Under the pieces are notes generated by a model, which did not search any database, was not told where the DNA came from, and worked only from the letters and a program-made list of their open reading frames with translations. A stretch of 64,000 bases of DNA from Patescibacteria group bacterium (GTDB lineage: Bacteria > Patescibacteriota > Minisyncoccia > Phycocordibacterales > Phycocordibacteraceae), in assembly GCA_038064595.1 (NCBI GenBank), contig JBBTSV010000001.1, positions 1,915-65,914 on the forward strand. Reading direction: 5' to 3'. This document shows positions 55,689-64,000 of this stretch, one piece after another; the stretch's first letter is position 1; the number at the start of each line of letters is the position of its first letter. The translations under genes and the position numbers were made by a program.

Positions 55689-56381
55689 TTATGGAATATC
55701 GAGATTCGCACAATACTGCCGTGCCTCGCGCAACATCTTGTGTATGGGGATAGTCCGCGCTTGAGACAGTATCTCGGTGTCTATGATAGCGCTGGCCGGC
55801 GTGGGTACGCCACAGTGAGCACTGAGGCTTGAATACGGATAGGTTGCTAAACGTTCTTCCACAAACTGATGGTCCACTACATGCCCCGTTTTCCATTCCG
55901 GTTCGTACAATATGGTCGGGTTAGCGTGCACATAGTTGATAAGGTGCGGATAGCGGTCGGGCGACGCATGGATCGACTGAAATGGCTTAAGGAACAGGTT
56001 ACCTTCTCGCTTATAGCGAGCGTTGAAGTAGAGCGTATACGCTGTCCCCACTTTCCGCATGAAGGTGGTAATACCCCCTTCTGAGGTTTCTTTGAGTGCG
56101 AGGTGGAAGTGGCTAGGCATCAGACAGAATGCCCCAATAGCGACGATTTTTTTGGTACGAGGAATCTTCAAAACCTCTTCAAACTTGCGTGTGCCGATGT
56201 CGTTGCGTCGCAGTGGCGCCTCATCATTGGCTAAGTAGAGGAGTTCTAGAAAGCGGTGATAGTCTCTGGTGTCCTCAAATGAGATACGTTTTTCGATACC
56301 GCGATTATAACAGTGGTACCACTCTCCTAGAGCAAACGGTGCATCTCGCTTTGTCATAAGGCACATAATACAAGGTGTCAC
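55689..56381 (-). CDS. IS200-like/REP-associated tyrosine transposase (RAYT, HuH Y1)
   Basis: HuH motif SHFHLAL, catalytic Tyr region AYTLYFNARYKREGNLF, C-terminal YVHANP. Confidence 0.7.
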   Translation of the reverse strand: MTPCIMCLMTKRDAPFALGEWYHCYNRGIEKRISFEDTRDYHRFLELLYLANDEAPLRRNDIGTRKFEEVLKIPRTKKIVAIGAFCLMPSHFHLALKETSEGGITTFMRKVGTAYTLYFNARYKREGNLFLKPFQSIHASPDRYPHLINYVHANPTILYEPEWKTGHVVDHQFVEERLATYPYSSLSAHCGVPTPASAIIDTEILSQARTIPIHKMLREARQYCANLDIP

Positions 56382-56516
56382 CTTACGGAGTCAATGAAAT
56401 ACAAAAAATAATAAGGTGACACCTCGCGGATACGTGTGGATAAGTCACTAGGTACACTCAAGATGAGAAGATACACTGACCCTATTACTAGTGAGTAGCT
56501 ATCACCATATCCACAT

Positions 56517-58889
56517 ATGCCCCCGCAACAGTCAGTAGTCGTGCGACGCAGTTCTCTTGAGCAGTTTAGTGTCTGGGCACTTTTTGCGACAGTTGCCGCA
56601 GGAGTGCTCGTGCTTATCCCGGGATCTTCAGTACCCGCGGTCACGACAAAAACATTTATTCTCGCTGCCGGAACCATTCTCACGCTTGCGCTCTACATCC
56701 TCGCGCGCCTCTCGCGTGGAAACGTCGTCTTACCGCCGTTTAAGCTGGTAGTTGCACTCTGGCTCCCCGCGATAGCGTACGGACTCTCCGCAGCCTTCTC
56801 GGGAGCGCCGTTCTCGAGTACGTTCTGGGGTGCTACGTTCGACACCGATACCTTTGGCTTTATGCTGGTCGCGGCAGTCTTGGGGACGTTGGCCGCATTT
56901 GTGCTCCGCCGCGCTGACCACTACAGTTCCTTCCTGCGTGCGGGAGCAGTGCTCTTTGGCGCCGTCGCGCTTCTCCAGACGCTGATTGTGCTCGTGGGGC
57001 AAGTCATGCCAAACACTATCTCCCCGACCCTCTCTCTTCTTGGATCTTTTGATGATCTTGCATACTTCATGGGACTGGGTGTGATCGGAGTACTTCTCGC
57101 ATTCCGTTTCCTCAAGCTCCAGCAACGTACGCATCGCGCGCTTATGGCAAGTGGAGCGCTCGCGCTCTTTCTTCTCGCGCTCGCAAATGCAAGTGTCGTG
57201 TGGGTGCTTGTTGCCCTAGTCGCTCTCGGTCTGTTTGTGGAGTCGGTTATGCAGCGTGGCCCTAAATCGGCAGATAGCGATCTCGACGATATGGTGGAAC
57301 TTGGTGATGCCTCTCCTGATCATGAGGAGGGCGTACACTCACTCGTGATGCCGCTCGCGGTCCTCGCGGTCTCTCTCTTCTTCCTCATCGGGGGTACGCT
57401 GGGAAGCGCGCTCGCACAGTCGTTTAATGTCGGTACGCTCACGGTCCGCCCGTCGTGGCAGTCGACCTTCTCAGTGGCGCAAAAGACGTATAGCACCATG
57501 CCGGTTTTTGGTTCTGGCCCAAGCACCTTCGGCATTGAGTGGCTCAAGTATCGTGACGTCTCTCTCAACACCACTCAATTCTGGAACGCAGACTTTGTGA
57601 CCGGTATCGGTTTCCTGCCGACCTCGTTTGTCACAACTGGCATGCTTGGGGCGCTCGCGTGGATTGCCTTCTTTGTTCTCCTTCTTGTGTCTGGGCTCCG
57701 GATGCTCATTCTCCGTGCTCCTGAAGACGCGTTTATCCGCTTTGTTGCGATCCTCTCCCTCGTAGGTACCGTATATCTCTTCGTAAACGCGGCCTTTGGA
57801 CAGCCAGGTGCGGTACTCCTTGCACTCGCGTTTGTCCTTGCCGGCGTATTCGTCTCGACAACGCGCTTTGCGGCGCGTAGTCAGCAGTGGGGGGTTATCT
57901 TCTCACGAAGTCCACGACTGGGCTTTGTGATTGTCTTCTCGCTCACCATCCTGCTCCTCTCTTCAGTGGTTGCTGCGTACACGCTCGCGGGTCGTTACTT
58001 GGCCACCGCTGAAATCGCTCACGCCAATGCAAGCTATAACGCAGGTAACTTGGACGCTGCTGATCAGGCAGCACAGCGTGCGCTCTCATTCACCCCAAGC
58101 ACGCTTGCATATCAGGTGCAGGCAGGGGTTGCACTTGCGCGTCTCAATCAGATCGTGAGCTCGACCACCATGCCGGCAGCTACGGCACGTCAAGAATTCC
58201 AGAACGCACTTTCTGCTGGTATTAACGCTGCGCTTACCGCAACGCGTCTTGCACCAAATGAATACCGCAGCTGGCTCACGCTCGGTAACCTCTACGCACA
58301 AGCAGTTCCGCTCGGTGTCTCGGGTGCATATGAGAGTTCCCGGGAGGCTTATAAGAAGGCAGCAGCACTGAATCCAACCAACCCGCAAATTCCATTTATC
58401 ATCGCGCAGCTCGATATTGCCGGTAAGAATCTGAAAGCGGCACAAGAGGAACTCAAGACCACCATCGCTCTCAAACAGGATTATACAGCCGCGATATTCC
58501 TCCTCTCTCAGCTCCAGGTGCAAGATGGCAATGTGAAGGACGCGCTTGCATCAGCGCTTGCGGCCGCGTACTTCCAACCCAGCGACCCAAATATTCTCTT
58601 CCAAGTCGGTATTCTCTATGCCGCGCAGAGCGACTTCCAGAATGCAGCAGCCGCGCTTAGTGCTGCAGTTGCTGCGAATCCACAGTTTGCGAATGCCCGC
58701 TACTTCCTTGCGGCAGTGTACGCAAAGCTGAATGATCTGCCGAACGCTCTCTCGCAGGTGCAAGCAGTTGCTGCGATGTCCCCAGAGAATGCTGCAGCGG
58801 TGGAGACTCAACTCAACGCTCTTAAGAGTGGGAAAAATCCGTTTCCCGCGAATCTCCTCTCCGCTCCTCCCGCGCCTATCAAACAGTAA
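56517..58889 (+). CDS. polytopic membrane protein with O-antigen ligase/polymerase-like core and C-terminal TPR repeats
   Basis: About 12 TM helices followed by multiple TPR-like Ala-rich repeats. Confidence 0.55.
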   Translation: MPPQQSVVVRRSSLEQFSVWALFATVAAGVLVLIPGSSVPAVTTKTFILAAGTILTLALYILARLSRGNVVLPPFKLVVALWLPAIAYGLSAAFSGAPFSSTFWGATFDTDTFGFMLVAAVLGTLAAFVLRRADHYSSFLRAGAVLFGAVALLQTLIVLVGQVMPNTISPTLSLLGSFDDLAYFMGLGVIGVLLAFRFLKLQQRTHRALMASGALALFLLALANASVVWVLVALVALGLFVESVMQRGPKSADSDLDDMVELGDASPDHEEGVHSLVMPLAVLAVSLFFLIGGTLGSALAQSFNVGTLTVRPSWQSTFSVAQKTYSTMPVFGSGPSTFGIEWLKYRDVSLNTTQFWNADFVTGIGFLPTSFVTTGMLGALAWIAFFVLLLVSGLRMLILRAPEDAFIRFVAILSLVGTVYLFVNAAFGQPGAVLLALAFVLAGVFVSTTRFAARSQQWGVIFSRSPRLGFVIVFSLTILLLSSVVAAYTLAGRYLATAEIAHANASYNAGNLDAADQAAQRALSFTPSTLAYQVQAGVALARLNQIVSSTTMPAATARQEFQNALSAGINAALTATRLAPNEYRSWLTLGNLYAQAVPLGVSGAYESSREAYKKAAALNPTNPQIPFIIAQLDIAGKNLKAAQEELKTTIALKQDYTAAIFLLSQLQVQDGNVKDALASALAAAYFQPSDPNILFQVGILYAAQSDFQNAAAALSAAVAANPQFANARYFLAAVYAKLNDLPNALSQVQAVAAMSPENAAAVETQLNALKSGKNPFPANLLSAPPAPIKQ

Positions 58890-58911
58890 AAGAGTAGGGT
58901 AGTATTGCAGG

Positions 58912-60618
58912 ATGGTTGGGCAGATCTTCAAGCGCATCACTGCGCCGGTACGCGGTCTCGTTCTCCGGCCGATACGCAGCCTCCATCAGGCTGCGTATCT
59001 GCTTGCGGGTCTGACCCTCGCTTCTCAAGTGCTTGCGCTCCTGCGAGATAGAGCCTTCGCGCACACCTTTGGGGCAGGGCAGACCTTGGACCTCTACTAC
59101 GCAGCGTTCCGGGTCCCGGATCTCGTGTTCGCGCTCGTATCTTCGCTCGTGAGCGCGTACGTGCTCATCCCCCGTATCACGGGGATGGACCGTACAGAGA
59201 CGCGTACGCTTCTCTCGGAGTCGGCGACGTTCCTCCTTGGACTCGGAGGGACGCTCAGTGTGGCGCTCTTCGTGTGGATGCCGAACTTCCTGGCGTTTCT
59301 GTATCCCGATCTTATGCACACCGCGGCACGAGACGAGTTCATTCTCCTATCGCGCCTCCTCCTCCTGCAGCCGATCCTCTTAGGTCTCTCGGGCGTCCTC
59401 GCGAGCGTGACGCAGGTGCATCGCCGCTTTGTGCTTTTTGCCCTCTCGCCGATTCTCTATAATCTCGGAATTATTTTTGGCGCGCTGGTACTCTATCCCC
59501 GTTTTGGGCTCATTGGGATCGGGTGGGGTGTTGTCATTGGCGCGCTTGCATACCTCTTTGTGCATGTGCCGGTTGTGATTGAGGCAGGAGTACTTCCGAC
59601 ATTGCGGTGGCCGCAGATGAGCGTCATGGCCTCGGTCGTGCGCGACTCGGTGCCGCGCTCTCTGGCGCTCGGGATGGGTGCGGTGACTGCGCTCGCACTC
59701 ACCGCACTCGCTTCTCAGGCAGGGACAGGTGCGGTCTCAATCTTCACCTTTGCGAGTAACCTTGAGGCGGTGCCGCTGGGGCTGATCGGCGCCTCCTACG
59801 CAGTCGCCGCCTTTCCGGCACTTTCTGAAGCGTCAGCGCTTGATCGGCGTAGTGAGTTCACAAACATCCTCTCGGCGAGCGCGCGTCATGTCATTTTATG
59901 GTCTCTGGTCGCCTTTGGGCTTATTGTGGTGCTGCGCGCACATCTGGTCCGTGTAATCCTAGGGACGGGCGCTTTTGACTGGAATGCGACGCGTCTTACG
60001 GCCGCACTCCTCGCGATCTTTGTGGTTGGTCTCGCGGCGCAAGGGCTTATTCTCCTCTTCTCGCGCGCGCTCTATGCTGCACGCAAATCATGGCAGCCAC
60101 TTCTGTACCAAGTAATCGGGGGCATTCTTACGGTCGCACTTGCGTATTTTCTACTCACCCTTCCCCCAGACGGGTTTCCTAGAACACTCGCCACTCTCCT
60201 GAAAGTGGGAGATCTCCAGGGGACACCCATACTCCTTCTCGCCTTTGCCGCGACGTTGGGGCAGCTTGGTCTCCTCGGGTGCTTGCTGTTTGCGCTCCGG
60301 AACGTGACTCCCGGGCTCGCGCGCACCCTGTTACGTCCCGTGATCGACGGCAGCATCGCTGCTCTTGTGGGCGGCGCAGCTGCGTACGGCACGTTGCTTA
60401 TCGGGGGAAGTATTGCACCACTTACCACGCTTATGGCGGTGTTTATTGAGGGTGCGCTTGCCGGCATTGTTGGTCTTATCTTCGCTGCACTTGCGCTGTA
60501 CGTGGTTGAGAACGAGGAGTTCCGCATCGTTTTTGCTGCGCTTGAAAAGCTAGTGCGCGCACGCGAGGAGCGAGCGACCGCACTCGCCCCTTCGGCTGAA
60601 GAGCCGCTCCGCCCATGA
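58912..60618 (+). CDS. murJ: lipid II flippase MurJ (MviN)
   Basis: 14-TM MOP-superfamily pattern, conserved N-terminal RDxxxA block. Confidence 0.8.
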   Translation: MVGQIFKRITAPVRGLVLRPIRSLHQAAYLLAGLTLASQVLALLRDRAFAHTFGAGQTLDLYYAAFRVPDLVFALVSSLVSAYVLIPRITGMDRTETRTLLSESATFLLGLGGTLSVALFVWMPNFLAFLYPDLMHTAARDEFILLSRLLLLQPILLGLSGVLASVTQVHRRFVLFALSPILYNLGIIFGALVLYPRFGLIGIGWGVVIGALAYLFVHVPVVIEAGVLPTLRWPQMSVMASVVRDSVPRSLALGMGAVTALALTALASQAGTGAVSIFTFASNLEAVPLGLIGASYAVAAFPALSEASALDRRSEFTNILSASARHVILWSLVAFGLIVVLRAHLVRVILGTGAFDWNATRLTAALLAIFVVGLAAQGLILLFSRALYAARKSWQPLLYQVIGGILTVALAYFLLTLPPDGFPRTLATLLKVGDLQGTPILLLAFAATLGQLGLLGCLLFALRNVTPGLARTLLRPVIDGSIAALVGGAAAYGTLLIGGSIAPLTTLMAVFIEGALAGIVGLIFAALALYVVENEEFRIVFAALEKLVRAREERATALAPSAEEPLRP

Positions 60619-62408
60619 TGAGTACAGATATCCGTAACTTTTCTATCATTGCCCACGTCGACCACGGGAAGTCGACTCTGGCAGACCGTCTCCTCGAGCG
60701 TACCGGAGCGATCCCAGAACGTCTCATGCGCGACCAGGTGCTCGACCGTATGGATCTTGAGCGCGAGCGTGGCATCACGATAAAAATGCAGCCCGTTCGG
60801 ATGCACTATAAAAACTATGTACTGAATCTGATCGATACGCCCGGCCATATCGATTTTTCCTATGAGGTATCGCGGGCGCTTCACGCGGTTGAAGGAGTGT
60901 TGCTTCTGGTTGATTCGACACAGGGAGTGCAGGCACAGACGCTCACGACGCTTGCGGCAGCGCGAGCCCAGGGCTGCGTCGTGATTCCTCTGGTCTCAAA
61001 GATTGACGCGCCCGCAGCGCGGGTATCTGAGGTGCGTGCCGAGCTCGCTGCACTCGTGCACTGTGCTCCAGAAGACGTGCTCGCGGTCTCGGGAAAAACA
61101 GGAGACGGGGTGGATGCACTTCTTGAGGCGATCGTCGCACGGGTCCCACCACCAGTGGCCTCCGCGAGTACGAGCGAGCCGCGCGGACTCGTCTTTGACT
61201 TCTCGTTTTCCTCGCATCGAGGTGTGGTGGTCTACCTACGCGTCTTTGACGGCGTTTTCAAAAAAGGGCAGCCACTCGTCTTTCATGCTGCCGGAAAAGA
61301 GTTTGTCGCTCTTGAGACGGGGATCTTCACTCCCGGTGAGACTCCCGCTGATATGCTCTCGGCAGGCGAGATCGGTTATGTCGTTACGGGGATCAAGGAG
61401 CCGGGCGTGGTCGCCGTTGGCGATACGGTCGGTGTGGTTAAAGGGACGCTCCCCGCGCTCCCCGGGTACGCACGTCCGCGCCCCGTGGTGTGGGCCTCAG
61501 TCTACCCTGAGAGTCAGGACGATCTCCCGCTTTTGCGCAAAGCGCTCGAGCGCCTGCGTCTCTCTGATTCCTCACTCTCATTTGAAGAGGAGTCTTCCGG
61601 TGTGCTGGGGAGAGGGTTTCGCTGCGGCTTCTTGGGCCTCCTGCATCTCGAGATCATTACCGAGCGCCTACGTCGCGAGTTTAACCTCACACTTATCGTC
61701 ACGATTCCCACCATCTCGTATGTGGTGACGACCACAAGCGGCGCGCGAGAGGTGATCTATACTCCCGCGAAGTTCCCCGAGTATGGGAATATTACTAAAA
61801 TTGAAGAACCGTGGGCGAGAGTGACCATCATCACTCCTCCCGAGACCGTGAGTGCACTCGTACAAATGCTCTACGATCACGAAGCGATCACGAGCGGGAC
61901 TGAGACCTTTGGTGATGGGCGGGTGGAGCTCACGGTGGAGATGCCGCTCCGGGAGCTTATGCGCGGCTTCTTCGATAAACTCAAGAACATTTCCTCGGGC
62001 TATGCCTCGCTCTCGTACGAGATTCTCGAGGAGCGGGAGGCAGATGTAGTGCGTCTTGATGTGCTCGTTGCGGATGAGCCGGTGCCGGCTTTTGCACGCG
62101 TGATTGCTCGCCGTAGAGTGGAGGAGGAAGCAGAGAAGATGGTCGAGAAGCTCCACAGCATCCTCCCCAAACAGCTCTTTGTGACCAAGATTCAGGGGCG
62201 CGCTCTTGGAAGAATCATCGCCTCGCGCTCACTCTCGGCGATGCGCAAAGACGTCACGGGCTACCTCTACGGCGGTGACGTCTCGCGTAAGAACAAGCTC
62301 CTCGACAAACAGAAGAAGGGTAAGAAGCATCGGGCTCAGTTTGATAAAAATCGCATCCAGATCCCCGAGGATGTGTTTATGAAAATGGTGCAGTCCTCCG
62401 CGGAGTAA
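60615..62408 (+). CDS. lepA: elongation factor 4 (LepA)
   Basis: [24 protein letters not shown], LepA-specific C-terminal domain. Confidence 0.95.
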   Translation: MMSTDIRNFSIIAHVDHGKSTLADRLLERTGAIPERLMRDQVLDRMDLERERGITIKMQPVRMHYKNYVLNLIDTPGHIDFSYEVSRALHAVEGVLLLVDSTQGVQAQTLTTLAAARAQGCVVIPLVSKIDAPAARVSEVRAELAALVHCAPEDVLAVSGKTGDGVDALLEAIVARVPPPVASASTSEPRGLVFDFSFSSHRGVVVYLRVFDGVFKKGQPLVFHAAGKEFVALETGIFTPGETPADMLSAGEIGYVVTGIKEPGVVAVGDTVGVVKGTLPALPGYARPRPVVWASVYPESQDDLPLLRKALERLRLSDSSLSFEEESSGVLGRGFRCGFLGLLHLEIITERLRREFNLTLIVTIPTISYVVTTTSGAREVIYTPAKFPEYGNITKIEEPWARVTIITPPETVSALVQMLYDHEAITSGTETFGDGRVELTVEMPLRELMRGFFDKLKNISSGYASLSYEILEEREADVVRLDVLVADEPVPAFARVIARRRVEEEAEKMVEKLHSILPKQLFVTKIQGRALGRIIASRSLSAMRKDVTGYLYGGDVSRKNKLLDKQKKGKKHRAQFDKNRIQIPEDVFMKMVQSSAE

Positions 62409-62430
62409 TTCATCGTGATATTCTTTAGAG

Positions 62431-62817
62431 GTGATGAAAGATTTTACGAAATGGTTCAAAGAAAAGACAGGAGTACATAACGAAAAGGAGAGGCCGTTCT
62501 TCCGTGACGGCGAAGTGTGGTCTGCATCGCTCGGAGCAAATATCGGTTTTGAGCAGGATGGTCGAGGAGAACAATACTTGCGGCCAATCCTAGTCATTAG
62601 AAAATTCAACAAAGAGATTTGCTGGGGCATCCCACTAACGAAAAACAAGAAAAAAGGCCCCTACTACTTCTCATTCTTTTTAAACGATGCACCGAGCACA
62701 GCAATACTTTCTCAAATTCGTCTTGTGGATGCGAAACGTTTGTACTACCGTATCGGCACAGTCGCGGAGACTGACTTCACAGAAATGAAGAAGCGGCTCA
62801 GGGCATTACTGCCATGA
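62431..62817 (+). CDS. MazF/PemK/EndoA-like toxin (mRNA interferase fold), no visible antitoxin
   Basis: GEVWSASLGANIGFEQDG..RPILVI..IPLT..IRLVDAKRL matches the PemK pattern; AT-rich context. Confidence 0.5.
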   Translation: MMKDFTKWFKEKTGVHNEKERPFFRDGEVWSASLGANIGFEQDGRGEQYLRPILVIRKFNKEICWGIPLTKNKKKGPYYFSFFLNDAPSTAILSQIRLVDAKRLYYRIGTVAETDFTEMKKRLRALLP

Positions 62818-62940
62818 ACCGCTTTTCCATTTTTACCCCTTTCGGGGAGGGCCGAAGCCGTTTGTCTAAGCATGATAGTACGTATGACCTATGAAGTCAA
62901 TGGTTGTAGTGTGTCTGGTACTATATCTTGAAAACACAGC

Positions 62941-63705
62941 ATGAAGCCGCATCTCATTTTAGTGCACTCATTCCCCACGAATAGCATTCTGCTCCATGGG
63001 CTTGAAGAGTTTCTGGCTGATTTTTTCACTGTACATTTCATAGATCTCCCTGGGTTCCACCAAGAGAGCCCTCCGTTTAAGGGAGCTATCACCCTGCGTA
63101 AATTCTCACAGTACCTCGATGAGAAAATCACAGAGTTGAATCTAAAAGAATATATCGTGGGAGGCGTTTCCTTTGGTTTTCTCGTCATAAACAATGCTAA
63201 ATTGAGTACACATTGCAAGGCGATACTGGCCATGGAGCCGTTTATAAATACCCAGTGTTTGAATATGACGTTTTGGGAGAAAAGAAGGTACACATTCCTA
63301 GCGGCTCTGATGAAAGTCATACATCACCTCCACCTCGAAAAGAGGGTATGGAACTCACAATGGTTCAATACGTACCTCCAAGAAGTATCCGGCTATCCAA
63401 GAGTACGGGTCGATACGATCATACAGCATGTAGATCCTCGAACATTCTTTGCTGTTATGGGTTTGTTATTGAGCTATACCAAGAATCCGACATTCCACAA
63501 TCTCCCGCACTTCTTAGTGGGAAACTTTTCGGATAAGACAATTCATTTCGATAAGACGGTAGAGATTTTCATTAAAAATCTACATGAATTGCACCTCACT
63601 TCCGAGCCTATTGATCACTACCCTAAGGATCTGACGAAAAGCTATTTTAAAACACGCATACCCGAGGAACACATACAGCGGATGTTGGCCTGCATAGAGG
63701 GGTAA
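62941..63705 (+). CDS. alpha/beta-hydrolase fold protein
   Basis: GGVSFG nucleophile elbow; AT-rich codon usage. Confidence 0.5.
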   Translation: MKPHLILVHSFPTNSILLHGLEEFLADFFTVHFIDLPGFHQESPPFKGAITLRKFSQYLDEKITELNLKEYIVGGVSFGFLVINNAKLSTHCKAILAMEPFINTQCLNMTFWEKRRYTFLAALMKVIHHLHLEKRVWNSQWFNTYLQEVSGYPRVRVDTIIQHVDPRTFFAVMGLLLSYTKNPTFHNLPHFLVGNFSDKTIHFDKTVEIFIKNLHELHLTSEPIDHYPKDLTKSYFKTRIPEEHIQRMLACIEG

Positions 63706-63726
63706 TAGAAGACGCTATACTACCTC

Positions 63727-64000
63727 TATGCGTGGGAAACAGATGCGACAAGGGCTCATAGTGAGCGTTCTCGCGGTGGTGGCCTTTTGGCTCGGCACGA
63801 GTATTTGGAACCTCGGGAGTAAGGTGCTCATAGCTGTGTCAGAGGCCAATGAAGCGCAGCTGCAGTATGAAGAGATCCACTCACGCAAGGCGGCACTTGA
63901 GGCAAGTGTAGCCACGCTCTCAACCGAGCGCGGTAAGGACGCGGCAATCCGCACCACCTTTGGGGTTGCGCGGGAAGGAGAAGAGGTTATCGTAGTGGTA
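63727..64000 (+). CDS. FtsB/DivIC-like septum formation initiator, 3' end truncated by the window edge
   Basis: N-terminal TM, coiled coil, C-terminal TTFGVAREGEEVIVV motif; ORF runs off the window. Confidence 0.45.

Overview
A 64 kb bacterial chromosomal segment, mostly moderately GC-rich coding sequence, with a few small GC-rich or AT-rich accessory islets. Many genes carry a -10 hexamer only 6-11 nt before the ATG, which suggests leaderless mRNAs; others have clear AGGAG-type ribosome-binding sites. Core genes identified from conserved protein motifs are prfB, ftsEX, pyrG, msrAB, metK, an ABC-F ATPase, typA/bipA, smpB, ftsH, recG, nrdJ (class II RNR), murJ and lepA, with an htpX gene paired with a lemA gene. 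RNA genes identified are tRNA-Thr(CGU), tRNA-Gln(CUG), tRNA-Ile(UAU), tRNA-Ser(GGA) and a tmRNA (ssrA) downstream of smpB. A SAM-I-like riboswitch leader lies in front of metK. The most interesting locus spans 6006-20809. A divergent, apparently leaderless promoter pair at 12789-12857 drives a 10-gene, translationally coupled lipid/aminolipid-type biosynthetic operon to the right: glycosyltransferase, LbH acetyltransferase, ACP, acyl-AMP/CoA ligase, PLP decarboxylase, ThiF-like E1, PlsC-like acyltransferase, PPTase, a second ACP, and an OlsB/FeeM-like N-acyl amino acid synthase. To the left it drives a MacAB-like efflux operon with two SGNH hydrolases and an ABC permease/ATPase pair. Other accessory features are: tRNA-linked 58-nt paired repeats (downstream of tRNA-Gln and tRNA-Ser) that each carry an inverted copy of their own tRNA's T-arm; a GC-rich islet downstream of tRNA-Gln with tandem paralogous small genes and duplicated terminators; a prfB gene lacking the canonical +1 frameshift site but preceded, in frame, by a UGA-terminated upstream ORF; a RAYT/IS200-like HuH transposase with three REP-like hairpins; and an AT-rich 3' islet carrying an orphan MazF/PemK-like toxin.
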